Assembly: GCA_965230905.1 (NCBI GenBank)
Contig: OZ246396.1
Coordinates: 210,001-242,000 of the forward strand
Length of the DNA: 32,000 nt
Source of the DNA: Candidatus Saccharimonadota bacterium
GTDB taxonomy: Bacteria > Patescibacteriota > Gracilibacteria > UBA1369 > 2-02-FULL-48-14
Direction of reading: 5' to 3'
The position numbers were made by a program, and so were the translations under genes. How positions within the stretch are numbered: the stretch's first letter is position 1; the number at the start of each line of letters is the position of its first letter. Below the pieces are notes generated by a model that was not told the DNA's origin, did not search any database, and saw only the letters and a program-made list of their open reading frames with translations. Shown here piece after piece: positions 17,620-24,609 of the stretch.

Positions 17620-18228
17620 TCAGTTAAGCTCCACGGAGAACAAAATGTCGATCACGGCGTTTTCCACTTCGGCATTGCCTTTTTCCCAGCTGCCATAAAA
17701 GCGCAAAATGCGAGTCTCATCCACAAAAACCCACTGTTCCATCCCTACCGGATGAACCTTGGTTCCGTCATTCACCTCACCCTCGAGGATGAGCGTATAG
17801 GTGGTTCCAAACGAAGTGAATTCGAGTCCTTCGTGCAATAAGCTTGTTGCAGGGTCATTTTTAAAAAATTTTTCGTAGTAGTAATCGCTCGTTGTTTTAC
17901 GCTTTTCTGCTATCTCTTCAACCGTGGATCCCGTTCCGTCATACGAAAATCCCACCACATTAAATGCATTCAGTCCTTGGCCGCTTTCTTCGTAAATCAA
18001 GATTGAATCGTCGCCGGGAGCTTGCACCCAGCCTGCAGGCATGATGAGCGAGTAGCCTCCGCCATAAACTCGCGTGCCTTCCATAGCCGTTTCTTCAGCC
18101 ATGGGTTTCTCTTTCGTTTCACTGGTGCTGGTGGCGGGCTCGGCCGGTGGGGTGGAGGAACAGCCAGTGAACACTAGTAAAAATGCAAAAAACAAAGCTG
18201 ACAGAGCGTAGGATTTGTGGTGAGTCAT
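17620..18228 (-). CDS. Putative lipoprotein (~202 aa)
   Basis: From the ATG at 18228: MTHHKSYALSALFFAFLLVFTGCSSTPP, with lipobox LVFTGC. The remainder is a soluble beta-rich domain of unknown family. Confidence 0.65.
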   Translation of the reverse strand: MTHHKSYALSALFFAFLLVFTGCSSTPPAEPATSTSETKEKPMAEETAMEGTRVYGGGYSLIMPAGWVQAPGDDSILIYEESGQGLNAFNVVGFSYDGTGSTVEEIAEKRKTTSDYYYEKFFKNDPATSLLHEGLEFTSFGTTYTLILEGEVNDGTKVHPVGMEQWVFVDETRILRFYGSWEKGNAEVENAVIDILFSVELN

Positions 18229-18341
18229 TGAATGGGGGTTGCGTGTGAATAGATTGTAGCGGTGTTGTTGGATTTGTAACAACGCGAAATAACGGGTTAA
18301 AAGGTGAAAAATCGCCGGCGGGTGGTTCCTAAAGGGGAGAT

Positions 18342-18584
18342 GTGGATTTAACCGTGAAAGCTTTAACAACCATGAATCATTACGAACAAGCTATTTTAGT
18401 AACCAATGATGGAGATTTTCTAGCCTTACTTAACTACCTCGATTCAAAAAATAAATTGAAAGTTGTTTTATCCACACATAAATGGGATTGCTCCTTATTG
18501 ATCAAAAGAGCCTATCCCGAAAAAGTCCAATTTTTAGAAAAGGTAAAAGATAGATTGAATTACGAAGGAAGCCGCTCTTCTTAA
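18342..18584 (+). pseudogene. 5'-truncated NYN/LabA-like (PIN-like) nuclease remnant
   Basis: VDLTVKALTTMNHYEQAILVTNDGDFLALLNYLDSKNKLKVVLS matches only the C-terminal half of NYN domains (..aiLvSgDgDF.pl...l...gk.V.v). An in-frame stop at 18330-18332 leaves no room for the N-terminal catalytic half. Confidence 0.5.
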
Positions 18585-18630
18585 GGACGGAACCTTAAAA
18601 CGGACGGCTTCATCTAAATACGTTGTGATT

Positions 18631-19503
18631 CTATTGTTTTGTCGTCTTAAAGTCAACTTCTGGCAGCGTATCCCACAGCAGATTCCAAATCGAGTCGTGC
18701 ATTTGGTAAATGTAGTCGTTTTCAATGATCACGCCAATGAGGTCGTTTTCCACGTAGGTGAGGTAAGAAACCTTGCCGTCGTAAATATTCATCTCGATGG
18801 TGAAGGGGTAGAGCTGGCTGTTGATCCACTTGTACCCGGCGTGCGATTTGGGCGAGTAGCCTTGGCTCTCATAAATGGAGCGGGCGAAGGGAGTGTCCAG
18901 GAGGAGGCTGCGTTTTTTGAGAGTGGTTTTTTCACGGGCTGCCACGTACTCGTCATTGATGTCCTTCACGTGCTTGAACATGGAATCGATATTGGCGAAG
19001 TCTTTAAGATTGGTTTTTGAATTGAGCGTATCAAAAAGCACCTGATGCACGCCTGCTTTTCCCCTGTAAAATTGCACGTTTGGAATGTGACGATTGGTCT
19101 GCATCATTCCCAGGAGTTGCGGCATCACCGTCTCCAGATCGTTTGTGAGTTTTTGGAATTCATAATTCTTCTTACGTTTTTGCACTTCCAGCAATTCGAG
19201 GAGTTCTTCTGGATGAACGGCGGAATAGAGATAGGTGTTGCGATCACGAGTTTTTAAAACCAGATTCTGCTTTTCCAGACGTTCCAGGATGTGCTGAATG
19301 GTCGTGCGAGGTTGTGCCAACAGATAAGCCAGTGTGCTGGCTCGCGTGGCACCGTATTTGAGGAGACGCAGGTAAGCGGTGATTTCTTTGTCATCCAGGC
19401 CGAATTGTTGAAGCGTTGGGACGAGCACTTTTGAGTGAAATAGTGGCTGCTGCCCAAGTGTGGTGGGCAGATTTATAGTAGTTTTTAACCTGTGAAAAGT
19501 CAA
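18631..19503 (-). CDS. TrmB-family transcriptional regulator
   Basis: It has an N-terminal winged HTH, LQQFGLDDKEITAYLRLLKYGATRASTLAYLLAQPRTTIQHILERLEKQNLV, plus a TrmB-like C-terminal domain. The start is uncertain: TTG at 19503, or a GTG about 60 nt downstream. Confidence 0.8.
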   Translation of the reverse strand: MTFHRLKTTINLPTTLGQQPLFHSKVLVPTLQQFGLDDKEITAYLRLLKYGATRASTLAYLLAQPRTTIQHILERLEKQNLVLKTRDRNTYLYSAVHPEELLELLEVQKRKKNYEFQKLTNDLETVMPQLLGMMQTNRHIPNVQFYRGKAGVHQVLFDTLNSKTNLKDFANIDSMFKHVKDINDEYVAAREKTTLKKRSLLLDTPFARSIYESQGYSPKSHAGYKWINSQLYPFTIEMNIYDGKVSYLTYVENDLIGVIIENDYIYQMHDSIWNLLWDTLPEVDFKTTKQ

Positions 19504-19582
19504 GCTATGAACAATTTGGTCCTAGATACTTGATGAGTTATTGACGTTGTGACAGAATTATTTTCTTGTTTATATCCAAACT

Positions 19583-20857
19583 ATGAACTCTTCCACTGAC
19601 AATCCAGAATCTACCACTCTAGAAGAAACCATCGGGCAACTGAGTACCCTTTTGGATGGGCTGAAGGCTTTTGGCATTACGAGAAAAGTGATCGCAGAGC
19701 GTGCTCAAGTTACTCCAAGCTACGTGTCCCAATTTGCTCCCAAACGGGGCGCCGCCACCAGTAAAGTACCTTCTCATGAGGTGGTGGTGAAGCTGGCCAT
19801 CGCCTGCCATGACTTATTGAGAGACCGACACGTTGACCCAGCTGGCTTATCTGAACCTGTAAAAACGGCTTTGCTGGTACTCAGTGAGAGATACGTCCCA
19901 ACCGGCACATTTGCCGCAAGTTCCTACGAACCGGGCCAGCCTTTGCCCTACCCTCACTCCAACTATGTTGCGAGGGAGCTTGACCGACTTTTTGAGGGGA
20001 TCCTCCCCATGCCAGGCCGACTGAATCAACCTGGAGCTTGGATGCTTTCGGGTACCCATGCGTCTGGGAAACGCTCTCTGATGACAAAATTTTTGCACAA
20101 GTTCAAAGCATTTGGAGATGTATGTAAGATCAGTATCTACCCGGGAACCACACCCATGAGTGTGTTAGAACGCCTTTCTTCGGACTCGGAGCTCGCACTG
20201 CCTACCGATGGCAGTGGTTTTGACCGACAGTTTGCTCAACTGGTCAGTCGAATAACGGATAGGAACCCTAAACCTATTCTCTTTGACTTAAATGGGTTCA
20301 ACGCCGGCCCACTTGAAGTGACTCGGGGCGTTGCCGTTGGCGTACAAAGGCTCTTGCAAGGTGACGCGCGCGCTCGTCTCCACAACTCAAGTAGCATCAT
20401 TTTGACTCCGAGTTTTGCTCACTTTGAGCACTTGAATTCAGCGGCCATGGAAGCGGAACGAGAAAAACTCGGGTTTCTCCATTTTCTATCCCACTCGGGT
20501 GTACGCAGTGTGGGAACCACCTGGTTTAGCGTTGAAGAACTCGGAAAATTGGCGCAAACGCTCGGCGTTGATGCTTCCGCAATTGATCGTACTTATCGGC
20601 TCACGCACGGACAACCCCTGCTGAGTCACGCTGCTCTTTTGTGTGCCAAAGAAGGCCGTTTGACTCTCCAGGAAATCGCCAAGCAGTCTGCCGTTCAACG
20701 CTACCGAGCAGTGGTTGGGAATGCGTGGGACTTATGTAAAGACTCACCTGATTCCGGCTTAGTGAGTGCTCTTGGTTTTCATCCCGACCAAGCTGGCTAT
20801 CCTCGTGGCAAAGACGGCGAGGTAGCAGGACTTCATAAACAATGGTTTAACCGCTAA
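19583..20857 (+). CDS. HTH-fused P-loop NTPase (AAA_16/Arch_ATPase/STAND-like) with a non-canonical Walker A
   Basis: The N-terminal XRE-like HTH is FGITRKVIAERAQVTPSYVSQF. A P-loop follows (WMLSGTHASGKRSLMTKF), then candidate Walker B KPILFDLNG, sensor-like SSIILTPS, and LTHGQPLLSHAALL, which resembles the STAND G(L/x)PL helical motif. Confidence 0.7.
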   Translation: MNSSTDNPESTTLEETIGQLSTLLDGLKAFGITRKVIAERAQVTPSYVSQFAPKRGAATSKVPSHEVVVKLAIACHDLLRDRHVDPAGLSEPVKTALLVLSERYVPTGTFAASSYEPGQPLPYPHSNYVARELDRLFEGILPMPGRLNQPGAWMLSGTHASGKRSLMTKFLHKFKAFGDVCKISIYPGTTPMSVLERLSSDSELALPTDGSGFDRQFAQLVSRITDRNPKPILFDLNGFNAGPLEVTRGVAVGVQRLLQGDARARLHNSSSIILTPSFAHFEHLNSAAMEAEREKLGFLHFLSHSGVRSVGTTWFSVEELGKLAQTLGVDASAIDRTYRLTHGQPLLSHAALLCAKEGRLTLQEIAKQSAVQRYRAVVGNAWDLCKDSPDSGLVSALGFHPDQAGYPRGKDGEVAGLHKQWFNR

Positions 20858-20886
20858 CTAATCTACCACATTAACTCCTCTACCTT

Positions 20887-22074
20887 ATGAACCTCTCTAA
20901 AGGACAATCCAGTTTCCTCAGAATGGCTAGCCGACGCGGAGTCGACCCTGGTGATTTTGGCGACTATGTTCCGGAAATAAAATCCCAGGAAAAAACGCCT
21001 GATACTACCAAACCAACCATTGCTTATCTTCATACGGGTGGAACCTTAATGATGGTTCCGAGCACTGGAGATCAAGGTGCGTTGTCCTTTGAGGGTGCTA
21101 CTGATATCAATGCCGCTCTCGATATATGCAATACAGTCGCTCACGTCCGACGCCGGTACAATATTGTGGGGATTCATCTGGCTAACTTGGATTCCATTGA
21201 AGTGGGGCCAGCCCACTGGTCTGCGATGGCAGCAGCTATTCAAACCATTTATGACAAAGTGCAGGGAGTGGTGATCGGACACGGAACTCACACCGCTGAG
21301 TACTCCGCTGCGGCCTTGGCTTATGCCTTGAGAAATCCTTCTAAGCCCATCGTATTCACCGCATCCCAAATCCCTCTGATTGGTTACCCGGGTAGTGATG
21401 CGATTGGAAATTTAACAGGTGCCATGGAGATTGCTGCCAACGGCGATTTGGCCGAGGTGGTTGCTTATGCCAATGGTGTGATCCATCGAGGAACGCGCAT
21501 GAGAAAAGTGAACGACAGTCGTTTGCAGGTTTTCGATTCTCCCATCACTGGCCCGCTGGGTCACTTTGGAGCAGGAGGAATTGAGTTGGTTCCCGGCGCA
21601 CGCAAACGTGCCGGCAAAATGGACCATGACCTTAAATATTTACCTCGCTTTGCCAAACACGTTTCCACCATCAAATACACACCTGGAATGGACAGGGAAA
21701 TGATTGGAGAAAACATTGCCCAGGCTGGAAATGTGGGAATTATTTTTGAGACTCCTGGCTCCGGGGCCATTCCATCTAGCTATGTACCTATCCTTTCTGC
21801 TCACGCTGAAAAAGGGTTTGCTGTGATGCTAACCTCAGCCGCTACTCAATCCGGGATCAGCACAGGAATGGTTTTACATGACGAGGCCGCCATTCAAGCC
21901 TATAAATCAGGGGTACGAACGGCAGGAGACATGACGACGGGGGCTGCTTCAGTGAAACTCATGTCCGTGTTGGGAAACTCTCCTAATGCCTCTTTGGATG
22001 AGGTCAATCATGAAATGGTTGGGAAAAGTTACTCGGGCGAAATAAGTGTGAAAAAAGGAACGGAGGATTATTAA
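20887..22074 (+). CDS. L-asparaginase type I / GatD-family protein with an atypical HGTHT motif
   Basis: It aligns by eye to E. coli AnsA: TIAYLHTGGTLMM (TGGT), VVIGHGTHTAEYSAAALAYAL (HGTDT in AnsA), KPIVFTASQIPL (VTGSQIPL) and HRGTRMRKVNDSRLQVFDSP. Confidence 0.8.
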   Translation: MNLSKGQSSFLRMASRRGVDPGDFGDYVPEIKSQEKTPDTTKPTIAYLHTGGTLMMVPSTGDQGALSFEGATDINAALDICNTVAHVRRRYNIVGIHLANLDSIEVGPAHWSAMAAAIQTIYDKVQGVVIGHGTHTAEYSAAALAYALRNPSKPIVFTASQIPLIGYPGSDAIGNLTGAMEIAANGDLAEVVAYANGVIHRGTRMRKVNDSRLQVFDSPITGPLGHFGAGGIELVPGARKRAGKMDHDLKYLPRFAKHVSTIKYTPGMDREMIGENIAQAGNVGIIFETPGSGAIPSSYVPILSAHAEKGFAVMLTSAATQSGISTGMVLHDEAAIQAYKSGVRTAGDMTTGAASVKLMSVLGNSPNASLDEVNHEMVGKSYSGEISVKKGTEDY

Positions 22075-22080
22075 ATATTT

Positions 22081-23091
22081 ATGGCTTTGAAGTCAAAATT
22101 CACGGCGGAAACAATGAACTCTCAGAGTTTATTCGATCTTGTCCAAGCGGAGGCAGAATTGGCACAACTCACTGAGGAGTGGAGAAGAGCCAAGACCTCG
22201 GTAAATTCGGGACGCGATAAAATAGACAAATTGAACGCGATTGCGACTTTCATAGGGAAAACGGGCGAACTCTTAAAAAGAACGGTTCCTACAACTAGTG
22301 ATGGAGGTAAGTCAATGAAGTATTTACTCCAAAAACTGCATCCAGCCATTCGTATGGATTGCATAGGCCAAGTTTTTGCGGGGTGTGAATATGGGCTGGC
22401 CACCTCTTCCCAGAGTCCGTTTACTTCTGGGAACCCGATTTCCCTCGCTCGAAGAACTTTTGATAAGCATGTTTTGTCGGATGATTACCGTCGTCAGTGT
22501 GATGAAATGCAGGAAGATTTAGCCCATGTTAATGGTGCCCGACTGGCCTTTGATTTGGAGGGGGTTTTGGTTTCGACCTCCTATCGCAAACGTGGCTTCA
22601 AAGCACCCACTATCAATCTTCTGCGTCCCGGCGCGAATGAAATACTGGAGGCTCTCCACCAAAACAGATCAAATCAGACCTGGGTGTGGACTTCTGCTTC
22701 CGACGGACTAGTGACTGAGTCCATGAGTGATGGGGGTTTATCCTTGCCTGCTTCAGCAGATATCGTTGGCAGAGAAATGACGGCAAAAGCGATTGATGAA
22801 GCCACTTTAATGGTCGAGGGAAATTGGACAGATTTTTGGATACTGGACGGTCGCTGTAAAATTCCTCGTTTTTTCCCCGGCGGAGATTTAGACGTTTTAG
22901 TAGACGATAAGGTCTCTGAACACTTGGAGGGCATTGCGGAAGTTTTGGGAGAAGTTGGACGCGCTGAGGAGGCGAAAAAAATGATCCAAATCAACTCTTT
23001 TGCGCCTCGAACGGCCCAAGCGTTTAGAAGTGCTCACCTGGACACGGAGCTATTTAAACTAGCTAAAAAGTTGAGAGAAAGATTTTCGTAG
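22081..23091 (+). CDS. NIF/FCP1-like HAD-fold protein with a degenerate DxDxT motif and a coiled-coil N-terminus
   Basis: LAFDLEGVLVSTS corresponds to LVLDLDETLVHS. INLLRPGANEILEALHQN...TWVWTSAS corresponds to v.kRPgv.eFL..l...fe.vifTAs. DVLVDDKV corresponds to viivDnsp. The start lies 6 nt after the asparaginase-like gene. Confidence 0.55.
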   Translation: MALKSKFTAETMNSQSLFDLVQAEAELAQLTEEWRRAKTSVNSGRDKIDKLNAIATFIGKTGELLKRTVPTTSDGGKSMKYLLQKLHPAIRMDCIGQVFAGCEYGLATSSQSPFTSGNPISLARRTFDKHVLSDDYRRQCDEMQEDLAHVNGARLAFDLEGVLVSTSYRKRGFKAPTINLLRPGANEILEALHQNRSNQTWVWTSASDGLVTESMSDGGLSLPASADIVGREMTAKAIDEATLMVEGNWTDFWILDGRCKIPRFFPGGDLDVLVDDKVSEHLEGIAEVLGEVGRAEEAKKMIQINSFAPRTAQAFRSAHLDTELFKLAKKLRERFS

Positions 23092-23925
23092 CAAGTACTC
23101 CGTCCCTCTCGGCCCCCAAAGCTTCCGTCCCCTTTCATCCAAAACAGGCAGCGGGTACAAATTGCTGGTTTGGCGGCCCACGGTGAAGGGGGTGCCGTAG
23201 TTGCCGCAGAGGAATTCTTCGTCGTTTTCACCGGAGTTGGCTTGGTCGCCGATCACAAGGATGTCGCTGAGCGGAATGTCGAGGTGTTTGGCCCAGCGCG
23301 CGACCGCTTTTCCCTTTCCGCTTTCTTTGGGAATTATAAGGTTGCCCACGCCGGAATCCTGAATCAGCAGGTCTTTTTGGATGCCCATTTTTGCAAAGAG
23401 ATGGTGGAGTTTTTTTGCGGTGCGGCTGGAAACGAGGCGCACGAGCCGTGGAAAAAGGTAGAGCCAATCGTGAAAACGGATCACCATGGAATGCTCTTTA
23501 ATGATGAATTGGGCCGTCCAACCGAGTTTGTCTTTGATGAAGGCTTCGAGAGTGTCTTGCGTGATGACGGAGTTCGGCCAGGTGACATCTAGGAATTTTT
23601 CGTAGTCTTTTTTGCGGGGATTCCAGGTGAAGCCGGCGCCGCCGTTTTCAGATAAAATATGCCAGCGTTTTCGTTGCACGTCTTCGTCGGGGGCCTTTTT
23701 GAAAATGTGCGCGAGCTTACCCTGAATGTGCTCCATGGAGCGGCCGGTGCAGAAAGCCAGAGGAACCTCGCGCGGGAGACTGTTGAGTACTTCGCAGAGA
23801 GTTTCGGGAATGGTCCAGCGTGAAAGCTCGGTGAGCGTGCCGTCTATATCGAAAGCAACGGCTTTGTAGTGGCGTTTGAGCGCTGCGTGGGTGGCTTTTT
23901 CTTGAGCGGGCGAGAGGAAGTTCAT
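23059..23925 (-). CDS. HAD-IIB (Cof-type) sugar-phosphate phosphatase family hydrolase
   Basis: KAVAFDIDGTLTE (DxDGT), LAFCTGRS and ILVIGDQANSGENDEEF (GDxxND) are present. Its 3' end overlaps the convergent gene's 3' end by 33 nt. Confidence 0.8.
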   Translation of the reverse strand: MNFLSPAQEKATHAALKRHYKAVAFDIDGTLTELSRWTIPETLCEVLNSLPREVPLAFCTGRSMEHIQGKLAHIFKKAPDEDVQRKRWHILSENGGAGFTWNPRKKDYEKFLDVTWPNSVITQDTLEAFIKDKLGWTAQFIIKEHSMVIRFHDWLYLFPRLVRLVSSRTAKKLHHLFAKMGIQKDLLIQDSGVGNLIIPKESGKGKAVARWAKHLDIPLSDILVIGDQANSGENDEEFLCGNYGTPFTVGRQTSNLYPLPVLDERGRKLWGPRGTEYLLRKSFSQLFS

Positions 23926-23957
23926 GTGAAGCGAGTATAGCGGGAAGGTGGAGGAGA

Positions 23958-24317
23958 TTATAGCTTAGAGCTATCAAAGTTTTTATTCCTGAGATCTTCT
24001 CTCAAAATTGTTAAGTATGCGTGTAAAGTTTTTCTGAAAATGGGGTTTTTAATTGTGATATTTTGGCCGATGGCATCCTTTTTTGAACGTAAGAATAGAA
24101 AAAAGAGATCTTTAGTTTGAAGATTAACTATAAAAACTGCCCTTCTAGGGCCTATCACCGTAGTTATATAGAGTTTTCTTAGTTCTGAATTTCCGGGTAA
24201 ATCACTACCTTTGATAATTTTGTAAATTCCTTTAGAAACAGCTTTTAAAAGCCACTCCTTTTCTCCTTGACCAATCGCCTCTTTCATCAGAAGCGTGCGA
24301 GGGAAAATGATCCTCAT
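23958..24317 (-). CDS. Putative RelE/HigB(Gp49)-like toxin
   Basis: The ATG at 24317 overlaps the upstream stop as ATGA. RKLYITTVIGPRRAVFIVNLQTKDLFFLFLRSKKD resembles the RelE/HigB core (R...g..R.i......li.l.f.KK). The assignment is tentative. Confidence 0.5.
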   Translation of the reverse strand: MRIIFPRTLLMKEAIGQGEKEWLLKAVSKGIYKIIKGSDLPGNSELRKLYITTVIGPRRAVFIVNLQTKDLFFLFLRSKKDAIGQNITIKNPIFRKTLHAYLTILREDLRNKNFDSSKL

Positions 24318-24553
24318 GCGACAGATTTGTTCCATTCATCCATTACGCTATCCATCAATTCTTGAGTTTCCTGGTCCACTTCAATAGTACTTACTTGAGT
24401 CACCTCAGGCATCCGTGAACCAATCTGAATTTTACCATCCGCATAGTCATTGAGAAGGATACGGACAATCGCACTCACTGAGATTTTTTCTCTTTTTGCA
24501 CGAGTGGCCGCCCTATCACGGATTTCTTTATCTATAGAAATAGTTGTATTCAT
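24314..24553 (-). CDS. Ribbon-helix-helix (CopG/RelB-like) antitoxin
   Basis: MNTTISIDKEIRDRAATRAKREKISVSAIVRILLNDY is an RHH fold. The protein is 79 aa and sits immediately upstream of, and coupled to, the toxin-like ORF. Confidence 0.7.
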   Translation of the reverse strand: MNTTISIDKEIRDRAATRAKREKISVSAIVRILLNDYADGKIQIGSRMPEVTQVSTIEVDQETQELMDSVMDEWNKSVA

Positions 24554-24570
24554 AATTTATATAAGTTTTA

Positions 24571-24606
24571 TATGTAAATTATACATAATTCTATAATTTA
24601 AGTAAA
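24571..24606 (-). promoter_or_regulatory. Promoter of the RHH/RelE-like pair, with a palindromic operator over the -10
   Basis: The minus strand reads TTTACT (24606-24601), a 17-nt spacer, then TATAAT (24583-24578). The inverted repeat TATGTA-N5-TACATA (24571-24587) spans the -10 hexamer. Confidence 0.4.
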
Positions 24607-24609
24607 TAC

